A stretch of DNA of 48,447 nucleotides from assembly GCA_038087875.1 (NCBI GenBank), contig JAXLNO010000613.1:1-48447 (forward strand), in the 5' to 3' direction. Positions 10,203 through 22,571 of this stretch are shown one piece after another (position 1 is the stretch's first letter; each line of letters opens with the position of its first letter). The position numbers and the translations under genes are program-made. The notes under the pieces were generated by a model. The model saw only the letters and a list, made by a program, of their open reading frames with translations. It was not told the DNA's origin and did not search any database. Origin of the DNA: Malacoraja senta (Eukaryota).

Positions 10203-10480
10203 TTTTACCCCGCGATCAGCTGAGTGGCATCACACCCAATGTTGATCGGCAGGCAGGCAGAGACGACGGCTGCAGGAAAAGATGGGGTGCCGGGGATTGG
10301 AGCCTCTGATCTGAAGCAACTCGCGAGCGGATATCCAACGGTGTCACCGTGTCAACTGCAAGCCTGGAAGGAGAGACAATGAGGACGATGAGTGCGAGTG
10401 TCCATGAAGGCAACTATTTGTGAAATTGTATCTTATGTTTTTTTTTGAATATTTAAAAAAAAAAATATTAATAATTTTTA

Positions 10481-10932
10481 ATTTTTTTTTATTTATTACA
10501 AGTACATTACATTACAACCACATACATTAGTACTCATCACGTATATCTTCTTACAATGAATGTACTCCATTTGTTTTTTACACTAATAAGGGGAAAGGAT
10601 GAGATTGAGAGAAAGAAGAAAGAAAGTGAAGGAAAAGGTGAAAGTGTAAAAAAACGGGACAACAAGAAAGAACGAAGACCCTATAAGAACGAAGAGAAAA
10701 AGAGTTAAGAAATAGACCCTAGAAAAGAAGAAGAAAGAGAAAGGGGGAAAAGAGAAAAACAAATACGCAAATGGGACATACCAACTCTCCAACTTTCATC
10801 CCCCCTTACCTGACCTCAGTTTTTTTTTTAAAGGTACTTTTGCACCCTATATTTGTAATAATTCTATAAATGCAGACCACGTCAGGTGGAAGTGATCTGG
10901 TTTACCTGCCAGGAGGAGTCTTATCTCTTCAT
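10481..10932 (-). mobile_element. L1/Tx1-clade LINE 3' end (ORF2 C-terminus, pyrimidine-rich 3'UTR, AATAAA + polyA)
   Basis: EEIRLLLAGKPDHFHLTWSAFIELLQI* resembles fish L1 ORF2 ends; AATAAA at 10497-10492 followed by an A9 run. Confidence 0.55.
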
Positions 10933-11638
10933 TGAAAGTAGGCATGCAGGTGCAGCAGGCAGTGAAGAAAGCGAATGGTATGTTGGCCTTCATAGCAAGA
11001 GGATTTGAGTATCGGAGCAGGGAGGTTCTACTGCAGTTGTACAGGGTCTTGGTGAGACCACACCTGGAGTATCGCGTACAGTTTTGGTCTCGAAATCTGA
11101 GGAAGGACATTATAACCATAGAGGGAGTGCAGAGAAGGTTCACCAGACTGATTCCTGGGATGTCAGGACTTTCATATGAAGAAAGACTGGATAGACTCGG
11201 CTTGTACTCGCTAGAATTTAGGAGATTGAGAGGGGGGATCTTATAGAAACGTACAAAATTCTTATGGGGTTGGACAGGCTAGATGCAGGAAGATTGTTCC
11301 CGATGTTGGGGAAGTCCAGGACAAGGGGTCACAGTTTAAGGATTAAGGGGAAATCCTTTAAAACCGAGATGAGAAGAACTTTTTCACACACAGAGAGTGG
11401 TGAATCTCTGGAACTCTCTGCCACACTGAGGGTAGTTGAGGCCAGTTCATTGGCTATATTTAAGAGGGAGTTAGATGTGGCCCTTGTGGCTAAAGGGATC
11501 AGGGGGTATGGAGAGAAGGCAGGTACGGGATACTGAGTTGGATGATCAGCCGTGATCATATCGAATGGCGGTGCAGGCTCGAAGGGCCGAATGGCCTCTA
11601 CTCCTGCACCTATTTTCTATGTATCTATGTATCTATGT
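10931..11638 (+). mobile_element. CR1-like subfamily A 3' fragment
   Basis: ORFs 10932-11246 and 11264-11536 (one frameshift); (CTATGTAT)n tail. Confidence 0.9.
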
Positions 11639-11699
11639 AAATAAAAAAATTAATTTAAAAAAAAAGAATAGTGGTTCATAGATTAAAGGCAAACATCAC

Positions 11700-12520
11700 T
11701 ACATACATAGAGCCCTCGCTCAGAGGACGTCAAGAAAGGCTAGGAGTAGAAACATAGAAACATAGAAAATAGGTGCAGGAGTAGAGGCCATTCGGCCCTT
11801 CGAGCCTGCACCGCCATTCAATATGATCATGGCTGATCATCCAACTCAGTATCCCGTACCTGCCTTCTCTCCATACCCCCTGATCCCTTTTAGCCACAAG
11901 GGGCCACATCTAACTCCCTCTTAAATATAGCCAACGAACTGGGCCTCAACTACCTTCTGTGTGGCAGAGAGTTCCACAGATTCACCACTCTCTGAGTAGA
12001 GATGAGTTTTAAGTCTTGACTTAAAGGAGTGGATGGAGGGGGGTAGTTCTGATGGGGAAGGGGGGGACGCTGTTCCACAGTCTAGGAGCTGCAACCACAA
12101 AGGCCCGGTCGCCCCTGAGCTTCTGCCTAGACCGCGGGATGTTCAGCAACCCCAAGTCGACCGATCTGACTGAGGGGGCCTGGAGGTGGAGTGGTGGGTG
12201 AGAAGGCTTTTGATGTAGGTGGGAGCGAGCCCGTTGAGGGCTTTGTAGACGTGGAGGAGGATCTTGGAATGTATTCGGAGCCAGCGGAGAGAGGCCCAGG
12301 ATCGGGGTTGGGGGTGATGTGGTCCCTTTTATCGGGTAGTACCCCGTCAGGAGTCTCGCTGCCATTGGCCATTTTGGACCAGTTGCAGGCCGGGACAGGG
12401 GAAGATTGGCTGATGCCGGTGTAGAGGGAGTTGCAGTAATCCAGGCGGGAGGAGATGAATGTGTGGAGGATCTTTTCCAGGTCGTCAAAACGGGAGGAAT
12501 CGTTTTATTTTAGCTAGCTA
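11700..12520 (-). mobile_element. L2-clade LINE 3' fragment split by a CR1-A 3' end (about 11751-11993)
   Basis: RLDYCNSL and KLRGDRAFVVAAPRLWNS motifs; GAGTAGA occurs on both sides of the CR1 insert. Confidence 0.75.
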
Positions 12521-12543
12521 TCGTCCGAAGCTGGAAAGAAGCT

Positions 12544-12878
12544 CGCTCAGATCGGCCGACTTGGGGTTGCTGAACATCCCGGGGTCTAGGCAGAAGCTCA
12601 GGGGCGACCGGGCCTCTGCGGTTTTGCAGCCCCTAGACTGTGGAACAGCGTCCCCCCCCTTCCCCATCAGAACTTCCCCCTCCATCAACTCCTTTAAGTC
12701 AAGAATAAAGACTTATCTCTACTCCCAAGCCTTTCTTGACGTCCTCTGAGTGAGGGCTACACGTATATATGTACGTAGTTTGTTTAGTTTGTGCTATTCT
12801 TATAACAAATGGAAAGCACTTTGGCCAACGAGAGTTGTTTTTTAAATGTGCTCGAGAAATAAAAGTGGCTTGACTTGG
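12544..12878 (+). mobile_element. L2-clade LINE 3' end, inverted relative to the neighbouring copy
   Basis: KLRGDRA...SFKSRIKTYLYSQAFLDVL*; AAATAAA and cttgactt tail. Confidence 0.75.
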
Positions 12879-14000
12879 CTATCTAGCTCTCTCATGAAAG
12901 CATCCAGAGAACCGGCCTCCACCGCCCTCTGAGGCAGGGAATTCCCACAGACTCACCACTCTCTGCGAGAAAAAGTGTTTCCTCGTCTCCGTTCTAAATG
13001 GCCGACCCCTTATTCTTAAACTGTGTGTGTGTGTGTGGCCCCTGGTTCTGGACCCCCCCCCCACCCCCCCAACATCGGGGAACATGTTTCCTGCCTCTAG
13101 CATGTCCAAGCCCTTAACAATCTGACATGTTCAATAAGATATTCCTCTCATCCTTCTAAACTCCAGAGTGTACAAGCCCAGCCGCTCCATTCTCTCAGCT
13201 TACGACGGTCCCGCCATCCCGGGAATTAACCTGGTGAACCTACGCTGGGCTCCCTCAATAGCAAGAATGTCCTTCCTCAAATTAGGGGACCAAAACTGCA
13301 CACAATACTCCAGGTGTGGTCTCACCAGGGCCCTGTACAACTGCAGAAGGACCTCTTTGCTCCTATACTCGACTCCTCTTGTTATGAAGGCCAACAGGCC
13401 AAAACTGCACACAATACTCCAGGTGTGGTCTCACCAGGGCCCTGTACAACTGCAGAAGGACCTCTTTGCTCCTATACTCAACTCCTCTTGTTATGAAGGC
13501 CAACAGGCCAAAACTGCACACAATACTCCAGGTGTGGTCTCACCAGGGCCCTGTACAACTGCAGAAGGACCTCTTTGCTCCTATACTCGACTCCTCTTGT
13601 TATGAAGGCCAACAGGGCCCAAACTGTCTAAATGTCTCTTAAACAATAGACAATATGTGCAGGAGTAGAGGCCATTCGGCCCTTCCAGCCAGCACCGCCA
13701 TTCAATGTGATCATGGCTGACCATCCCCCAATCAGTACCCCCGTTCCTGCCTTCTCCCCATATCCCCTGACTCCGCTATCTTTAAGAGCCCTATCTAGAT
13801 CTCTCTTGAAAGCATCCAGAGAACCGGCCTCCACCGCCCTCTGAGGCAGAGAATCCCACAGACTCACCACTCTCTGTGAGAAAAAAGTGTTTCCTCGTCT
13901 CCGTTCGAAATGGCCGACCCCTTATTCTTAAACTGTGTGTGTGTGTGTGTGTGTGGCCCTTGGTTCTGGACTCCCCCCAACATGGGGAACATGTTTCCTG
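12879..14000 (-). mobile_element. Two CR1-B fragments (12879-13625 with three 109-bp units; 13643-14000)
   Basis: [20 protein letters not shown] and RALKDSGVRG motifs. Confidence 0.85.
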
Positions 14001-14418
14001 GCCACTGTTGCAGCCTGGCTGAATGTGCAGCGGGATTTAAACACCCCATTAGCAACGCCCCACTGCCCCCACTGACAAGACAAAAGCCCTTTGCGTACGA
14101 CAGCGCTGAAATATTCATGAGCGTTCGGCAGCTTCCATCCTCACTGAGCCCCCCCCTGGGGTGAGCGATGTAAGGGCTGGCTGGCTGGGGAGAGCGTTAC
14201 GGCAACAGGAGGAGGGGAGGGGAGGTCTTTCACGACCCTCAGCTTGTTCCACCATTTAATCACATCACGGCTGATCGGTGTCTGGCAAGCAGCAGGAGAT
14301 GAAGCAGGCTCAACATTGCCGCATCGTTCAGTAAGGCCCAGGGCTTCCCCCTCCTCCCTGATCCCTGTACCACGCCGTGCCTGAGAATTCATCAAAACTC
14401 GCTCGTGTACCCCAAACT

Positions 14419-15195
14419 CATAGAAACATAGAAACATAGACAATAGGTGCAGGAGTAGAGGCCATTCGGCCCTTCGAGCCTGCACCGCCATTCGATATGA
14501 TCATGGCTGATCATCCAACTCAGTATCCCGTCCCTCCCTTCTCCCATACCCCCTGATCCCTTCAGCTACAAGGGCCACATCTAACTCCCTCTTAAATATA
14601 GAAACATTGAAACATAGACAATAGGTGCAGGAGTAGAGGCCATTCGGCCCGTCGAGCCTGCACCGCCATTCGATATGATCATGGCTGATCATCCAACTCA
14701 GTATCCCGTACCTGCCTTCTCTCCATACCCCCTGATCCCTTTAGCCACAAGGGCCACATCTACCTCCCTCTTAAATATAGAAACATTGAAACATGGACAA
14801 TAGGTGCAGGAGTAGAGGCCATTCGGCCCTTCGAGCCAGCACCGCCATTCATTGTGATCATGGCTGATCATCCAACTCAGTATCCCGTACCTGCCTTCTC
14901 TCCATACCCCCTGATCCCTTTAACCGCAAGGGGCCACATCTAACTCCCTCTTAAATATAGCCAATGAACTGGCCTCAACTACCCTCTGTGTGGCAGAGAG
15001 TTCCACAGATTCACCACTCTCTGTGTGTGAAAAATGTCGACTTCCCCCTTATCGTCAAACCCCTTGTCCTGGACTTCCCCAACATCGGGAACAATCTTCC
15101 TGCATCTAGCCTGTCCACAACCCCTTAAGAATTTTGTAAGTTTCTATAAGATCCCCCCCTCAATCTTCTAGATTCTAGCGAGTACAAGCCGATTC
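14419..15195 (-). mobile_element. CR1-A fragment with three tandem 3'-end copies (~180 bp)
   Basis: Junction ctcttaaatatagaaac near 14590 and 14770. Confidence 0.85.
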
Positions 15196-15342
15196 TAGCG
15201 TGTATAAACCGCTTGTCCAGCTGAGAGGGACAATTGCCTCCGTGTACAGACATTTGTGGCCACCTCAGTTCCGTCTGGCCAAGCTTGCACTGTAATCTGT
15301 GCCTGTCAGTACTGGAGTCAGAGCCATACTGCACAACAGCGA

Positions 15343-16182
15343 CAAGAGGGTTTCAGTATAGGAGTAAAGAGGTCCTTCCGCAGTTGTACAGGGCCCTGGT
15401 GAGACCACACCCGGAGTATTGCGTACAGTTTTGGCCTGTTGGCCTTCATAACAAGAGGAGTTGAGTATAGGAGTAAAGAGGTTCTTCTGCAGTTGTACAG
15501 GGCCCTGGTGAGACCACACCCGGGGTATTGCGTACAGTTTTGACCTGTTGGCCTTCATAACAAGAGGAGTTGAGTACAGGAGTAAAGAGGTCCTTCTGCA
15601 GTTGTACAGGGCCCTGGTGAGACCACACCTGGAGTATTGTGTGCAGTTTTGGTCCCCTAATTTGAGGAAGGACATCCTTGTGATCGAGGGAGCCCAGCGT
15701 AGGTTCACCAGATTGATCCCTGGGATGGCGGGACTGTCATATGAGGAAAGATTGAAAAGACTAGGCTTGTATTCACTGGAGTTTCGAAGGATGAGGGGTT
15801 ATCTTATAGAAACATATAAGATTGTTAAGAGGCTAGATGCAGGAAACATGTTCCCGATGTTGGGGAAGTCCAGGACAAGGGGTCACAGCTTAAGGATAAG
15901 GGGGAAATCCTTTAAGACCGAGATGAGAAAAAACTTTTTCACACAGAGAGTGGTGAATCTGTGGAACTCTCTGCCACACAGAGGGTAGTTGAGGCCAGTT
16001 CATTGGCTATATTTAAGAGGGAGTTAGATGTGGCCCTTGTGGCTAAAGGGATCAGGGGGTATGGAGAGAAGGCAGGTACGGGATACTGAGTTGGATGATC
16101 AGCCATGATCATATTGAATGGCGGTGCAGGCTCGAAGGGCCGAATGGCCTCTACTCCTGCACCTGTTGTCTATTGTCTATTG
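15343..16182 (+). mobile_element. Chimeric CR1 fragment (B/C-type 5' part, A-type 3' part) with 109-bp units
   Basis: ORF 15548-15988 switches from EGAQ/LKRLGLY (B/C) to GKSRTRGHSLRIRGKSF (A). Confidence 0.85.
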
Positions 16183-16327
16183 TCATTCGGCCCACGTAGT
16201 CGGCGCTGAAGTTTCAGTATTGTCCCCTGTACCGAGGTACGTTGAAAGGCCTCGCTTTGCACGCTATCGAAACAGATGGGGGGCTGTGGCTGGCTTAAAT
16301 CGGCCAGGCTAATATCCTGACTACACC

Positions 16328-16517
16328 GATAGGTGACGTTTCACAGAGTGCTGGAGTAACTCAGCGGGTCAGGCAGCATCTGTGGAGAACATGGATAGGT
16401 GACGTTTCACAGAGTGCTGGAGTAACTCAGCGGGTCAGGCAGCATCTGTGTGGAGAACATGGATAGGTGACGTCTCACGGATGAGGAACGGTGAGGTTTC
16501 GGGTGGAGACCCTTCTT
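16328..16517 (-). repeat. ~66-bp tandem of a Penelope-type terminal sequence
   Basis: gataggtgacgtttcacagagtgctggagtaactcagcgggtcaggcagcatctgtggagaacat x2+; resembles 8810-8890. Confidence 0.65.
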
Positions 16518-16527
16518 GTTAATCGTT

Positions 16528-17262
16528 GATTTGAGTATAGGAGCAGGGAGGTTCTACTGCAGTTGTACAGGGTCTTGGTGAGACCACACCTGGAGTATTG
16601 CGTGCAGTTTTGGTCTCCAAAATCTGAGGAAAGACATTCTTGCCATAGAGGGAGTACAGAGAAGGTTCACCAGACTGATTCCTGGGATGGCAGGACTTCC
16701 ATATGAGGAAAGACTGGATAGACTCGGCTTGTACTCGCTAGAATTTAGAAGATTGAGGGGGGATCTTATAGAAACGCACAAGATTCTTAAGGGGTTGTGG
16801 ACAGGCTAGATGCAGGAAGATTGTTCCCGATGATGGGGAAGTCCAGGACAAGGGGTCACACAGTTTAAGGATAAGGGGGAAATCCTTTAGGACCGAGATG
16901 AGAAAAATTATTAAGGGGTTGGACAGGCTAGATGCAGGAAGATTGTTCCCGATGTTGGGGAAGTCCAGGACAAGGGGTCACACAGTTTAAGGATAAGGGG
17001 GAAGTCGACATTTTTCACACAGAGAGGGTGGTGAATCTGTGGAATTCTCTGCCACACAGAGGGTAGTTGAGGCCAGTTCATTGGCTATATTTAAGAGGGA
17101 GTTAGATGTGGCCCCTTGTGGCTAAAGGGATCAGGGGGTATGGAGAGAAGGCAGGTACGGGATACTGAGTTGGATGATCAGCCATGATCCTATTGAATGG
17201 CGGTGCAGGCTCGATGGGGCCGAACGGCCTCTACTCCTGCACCTATTGTCTATGTTTCTATG
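16528..17262 (+). mobile_element. CR1-A fragment with ~122-bp duplication
   Basis: Standard ORF2 C-terminal motifs and 3'UTR. Confidence 0.85.
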
Positions 17263-17521
17263 TTAAACCAGCATCTGCACATGTTCAGACTTTGTTCTAA
17301 CCATTGGATCACCACTTGCTTGACAGGATTGTGTCATCATTTCATCAGCTCCCCTCCCCCCCCGCGTCAATAAGGTATGGGGTGAGAGAGGGGGGCAGAG
17401 GGGGGCATGGGTCACCGTGAGGAGAAGGTGTTTGCGTATTCATGCCGATCTCCGCTCATGGGAAATAATGGCCACAATCTGGCCGGCTGATTGAGGGACT
17501 GGACTGACAGCTGCTGTTACA

Positions 17522-19655
17522 GATTATTATCTCAATGGGGTTAGGTTAGGTAAGGGGGAGGTACAGCGAGACCTGAGGTGTCCTTGTACACCGGTCACTG
17601 AAGGTTGGCGTGCAGGTACAGCAGGCAGTGAAGAAAGCCAATGGCCTGTTGGCCTTCATAACAAGAGGATTTCAGTACAGGAGTAAAGAGGTCCTTCTGC
17701 AGTTGTACAGGGCCCTGGTGAGACCACATCTGGAGTATTGTGTGCAGTTTTGGGCCTGTTGGCCTTCATAACAAGAGTATAGGAGCAAAGAAGTCCTTCT
17801 GCAGTTGTACAGGGCCCTGGTGAGACCACATCTGGAGTATTGTGTGCAGTTTTGGCCTGTTGGCCTTCATAACAAGCAGAGTTCAGTATAGGAGTAGAGA
17901 GGTTCTTCTGCAGTTGTACAGGGCCCTGGTGAGACCACACCTGGAGTATTGTGTGCAGTTTTGGCCTGTTGGCCTTCATAACAAGCAGAGTTCAGTATAG
18001 GAGTAGAGAGGTTCTTCTGCAGTTGTACAGGGCCCTGGTGAGACCACACCTGGAGTATTGTGTACAGTTTTGGCCTGTTGGCCTTCATAACAAGCGGAGT
18101 TCAGTATAGGAGTAAAGAGGTTCTTCTGCAGTTGTACAGGGCCCTGGTGAGACCACATCTGGAGTATGGTGTACAGTTTTGGCCTGTTGGCCTTCATAAC
18201 AAGCGGAGTTCAGTATAGGAGTAGAGAGGTTCTTCTGCAGTTGTACAGGGCCCTGGTGAGACCACATCTGGAGTATGGTGTACAGTTTTGGCCTGTTGGC
18301 CTTCATAACAAGAGGAGTTCAGTATAGGAGTAGAGAGGTTCTTCTGCAGTTGTATAGGGCTCTGGTGAGACCACACCTGGAGTATTGCGTACAGTTTTGG
18401 TCTCCAAATCTGAGGAAGGACATTATAGCCATAGAGGGAGTGCAGAGAAGGTTCACCAGACTGATTCCTGGGATGGCAGGACTTTCATATGAAGAAAGAC
18501 TGGATAGACTTGGCTTGTACTCGCTAGAATTTAGGAGATTGAGAGGGGATCTTATAGAAACGTACAAAATTCTTATGGGGTTGGACAGGCTAGATGCAGG
18601 AAGATTGTTCCCCATGTTGGGGAAGTCCAGGACAAGGGGTCACAGCTTAAGGATAAGGGGGGAAATCCTTTAAGACCGAGATGAGGAAAAACATTTTTCA
18701 CACAGAGAGTGGTGAATCTGTGGAACTCTCTGCCACACAGAGGGTAGTTGAGGCCAGTTCATTGGCTATATTTAAGAGGGAGTTAGATGTGGCCCTTGTG
18801 GCTAAAGGGATCAGGGGGTATGGAGAGAAGGCAGGTACGGGATACTGAGTTGGATGATCAGCCATGATCATATTGAATGGCGGTGCAGGCTCGAAGGGCC
18901 GAATGGCCTCTACTCCTGCACCTATTTTCTATGTATCTATGTATTTCTACAGGGCTCTGGTGAGACCACATCTGTAGTATGGTGTACAGTTTTGGCCTGT
19001 TGGCCTTCATAACAAGCGGAGTTCAGTATAGGAGTAGAGAGGTCCTTCTGCAGTTGTACAGGGCCCTGGTGAGACCACACCTGGAGTATTGTGTACAGTT
19101 TTGGTCTCCAAATGTGAGGAAGGACATCCTTGTGATTGAGGCAGTGCAGCGTAGGTTCACCAGATTGATCCCTGGGATGGCGGGACTGTCGTATGAGGAA
19201 AGATTGAAAAGACTAGGCTTGTATTCACTGGAGTTTAGAAGGATGAGGGGGATCTTATAGAAACATATACAATTATAAAAGGACTGGACAAGCTAGATGC
19301 AGGAAACATGTTCCCAATGTTGGGGGAGTCCAGAACCAGGGGCCACACACAGTCTTAGAATAAAGGGGAGGTCATTTAAGACTGAGGTGAGAAAACACTT
19401 TTTCTTTTCCACCCAGAGAGTTGTGAATTTGTGGAATTCCCTGCCACAGAGGGCAGTGGAGGCCAAGTCACTGGATGGATTTAAGAGAGAGTTAGATAGA
19501 GCTCTAGGGGCTGGTGGAGTCGAGGGGATATGGGGAGAAGGCAGGCACGGGTTATTGATTGGGGACGATCAGCCACGATCGCAATGAATGGCGGTGCTGG
19601 CTCGAAGGGCCGAATGGCCTCCTCCTGCACCTATTGTCTATGTTTCTATGTTTCT
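17522..19655 (+). mobile_element. CR1 cluster: B/C-type start, 109-bp array, A-type 3' end (to 18945), then a C-type fragment (18948-19655)
   Basis: DYYLNGVRLGKGEVQRDL..., ORFs 18275-18673 and 18979-19260. Confidence 0.85.
17643..18400 (+). repeat. CR1-derived 109-bp minisatellite, ~7 copies
   Basis: Unit ggcctgttggccttcataacaag...cagtttt; ORF track spacing 17867/17976/18085/18194 is 109. Confidence 0.95.
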
Positions 19656-19658
19656 AAG

Positions 19659-19835
19659 TTCAAAGATCCTATAGCAAGCAAGATAGTCCACTCGACGAAA
19701 AAGGCGTGGTACGGTCATGGGCGGATCACGGGTGATTTTAGGCCCCAATTTCCGTAACCGGCTTCCGTCTCCGCACCAAAGATCCCGTAGGATAACTAGG
19801 AGACGGAAGCCGGTTACAGAAACATCCTCGTAAAA
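19659..19835. repeat. CpG-rich MITE-like fragment with a 24-bp inverted repeat
   Basis: 19749-19772 vs 19799-19822, one mismatch, 26-nt loop; caaagatcc occurs twice. Confidence 0.6.
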
Positions 19836-19902
19836 AAAATTTCATTTCGGGGTGTCAGTCTCTCCGACGTGGCCTCGAGTTGACCCAGAGGCCTCGAATT
19901 GA

Positions 19903-20452
19903 CTTTAAGAATAGGGGTCGGCCATCTAGTACGGAGACAAGGAAACACTTTTTTCACACGGAGAGCGGTGAGTCTGTGGGATTCTCTGCCTCAGAGGGCG
20001 GTGGAGGCCGGTTCTCTGGATGTTTTCAAGAGAGAGCTAGATAGGGCTCTTAAAGATTGCGGAGTCAGGGGAGAAGGCAGGAACGGGGTACTGATTGGGG
20101 ACGATCAGCCGTGATGGCATTGAATGGCGGTGCTAGCTGGAAGGGCCGAATGGCCTCTACTCCTGCACCTGGTGTCTGTCGTAGGCTCGGCGATCGTTTT
20201 AGCCGAACACCTCCGCTCGGTCTGCGTTAACCAACCTGATCTCCCGGTGGCTCAGCGCTTCAACTCCCCCCTCCCGTTCCCAATCCCAACCTGACCTCTC
20301 TGTCCTGGCCTCCTCCATGGCCAGAGAGAGGACCACCGGAAACTGGAGGAGCAGCCCTCGAGCAGCCTGCACCCTAGTGGCATAAACATAGAATTCTCCA
20401 ATTTCCCGGTAGCCCTTGCTGTCTCCTCCCCTTCTCAGCTCTCCCTCAGCCC
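19903..20452 (+). mobile_element. CR1-B 3' end (19903-20180) followed by a Penelope-like fragment (20182-20452)
   Basis: RLGDR...EHLRSVCVNQPDLPVAQRFNS matches 42400-42660. Confidence 0.75.
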
Positions 20453-22241
20453 TTTAGCCACAAGGGCCACATCTAACTCCCTCTTAAATATAGCCAATGA
20501 ATGAACTGGCCTCAACTACCTTCTGTGGCAGAGAATTACACAGATTCACCACTCTCTGTGTGTGAAAAAAAAATGACTTTCTCATCTCGGTCCTAAAAGA
20601 CTTCCTTCCCCCTTATCCTTAAACTGTGTGTGACCCCTTGTCCTGGACTTCCCCAACATGGGGAACAATCTTCCTGCATCTAGCCTGTCCAACCCCTGAA
20701 GAATTTTGTAAGTTTCTATAAGATCCCCCTCAATCTTCTAAATTCCAGCGAGTACAAGCCGAGTCTATCCAGTCTTTCTTCGTATGGAAGTCCTGCCATC
20801 CCAGGAATCAGTCTGGTGAACCTTCTCTGTACTCCCTCTATGGCAAGAATGTCTTTCCTCAGATTTGGAGACCAAAACTGTACGCAATACTCCAGGTGTG
20901 GTCTCACCAGAGCCTTGTACAACTGCAGAAGGACCTCTTTGCTCCTGTACTCAACTCCTCTTGTTATGAAGGCCAACAGGCCAAAACTGCACACAATACT
21001 CCAGGTGTGGTCTCACCAAGACCCTGTACAACTGCAGTAGAACCTCCCTGCTCCTATACTCAACTCCTCTTGTTATGAAGGCCAACAGGCCAAAACTGCA
21101 CACAATACTCCAGGTTGTGGTCTCACCAGAGCTCTGTACAACTGCAGTAGAACCTCCCTGCTCCTATAGAAACATAGAAACATAGAAATTAGGTGCAGGA
21201 GTAGGCCATTCGGCCTTCGAGCCTGCAATGCCATTCAATATGATCATGGCTTGAATCATCCAACTCAGTATCCCGTACCTGCCTTCTCTCCATACCCTCT
21301 GATCCCTTTAGCCACAAGGGCCACATCTAACTCCCTCTTAAATATAGCCAATGAACTGGCCTCGACTACCCTCTGTGGCAGAGAGTTCCACAGATTCACC
21401 ACTCTCTGTGTGAAAAGGTTTTTCCTCATCTCGGTCTTAAAGGATTTCCCCCTTATCCTTAAGCTGTGACCCCTTGTTCTGGACTTCCCCAACATCGGGA
21501 ACAATCTTCCTGCAACTAGCCTGTCCAACCCTTAAGAATTTTGTAAGTTTCTATAAGATCCCCCCTCAATCTTCTAAATTCTAGCGAGTACAAGCCGAGT
21601 CTATCCAGTCTTTCTTCGTATGAAAGTCCTGCCATCCCAGGAATCAGTCTGGTGAACCTTCTCTGTACTCCCTCTAAGGCAAGAATGTTTTTCCTCAGAT
21701 TAGGGGACCAAAACTGTACGCAATACTCCAGGTGTGGTCTCACCAAGACCCTGGACAACTGCAGAAGGACCTCTTTGCTCCTGTACTCAACTCCTCTTGT
21801 TATGAAGGCCAACAGGCCAAAACTGCACGCAATACTCCAGGTGTGGTCTCACCAAGACTCTGTACAACTGCAGTAGAACCTCCCTGCTCCTATACTCAAC
21901 TCCTCTTGTTATTAAGGCCAACAGGGCCAAAACTGCACACAATACTCCAGGTGTGGTCTCACCAGGGCCTGTACAACTGCAGAAGAACCACTTTGCTGCT
22001 GTACTCAACTCGTCTTGTTATGAAGGCCAACAGGGCCAAAACTGCACACAATACTCCAGGTGTGATCTCACCAGGGCCTGGACAACTGCAGAAGGACCTC
22101 TTTGCTCCTATACTCAACTCCTCTTGTTATGAAGGGCCAACAGGCCAAAACTGCACACAATACTCCAGGTGTGGTCTCACCAGGGCCCTGTACAACTGCA
22201 GTAGAACCTCCCTGCTCCTATACTCAAATCCTTTTGCTATG
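20450..22241 (-). mobile_element. Two tandem CR1-A fragments, each ending in 109-bp arrays (20870-21168; 21705-22241)
   Basis: ORFs 20716-20994, 21265-21528 and 21516-21812. Confidence 0.88.
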
Positions 22242-22571
22242 AAGTTGAAGAAAAGAAAATAGGAAAAAGAGATTAAGGTTGGGGAGGTGAGTGTGTTCCC
22301 GATGTATTTATCAGGCAGTCGACCCACAAGATAAAGGGTGTATTCCCCCTGCTGAGTGCGGCAGGAAGGAGTGGTTCAACATGATGAATAATGCAGCCAG
22401 CATTCAGCAGAGAATCTCCAAGTGCCCCTACAGACAATTCATTACAACGACAAATTAATTAATGGCACGATCGGCAGCCTCCACTAACCCCCCCTCCCCT
22501 CCCCCCAACGGGACCACGCCACAAGACAACCCATGCTGGCCCTCTGAGGCCACTCGGCCTCTTCACCCCAT

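Noticed and set aside
9966..10223. Plus-strand polyQ ORF / CAG repeat
   Set aside because: It is the antisense of the (CTG)n poly-Leu in the L1CAM signal peptide.
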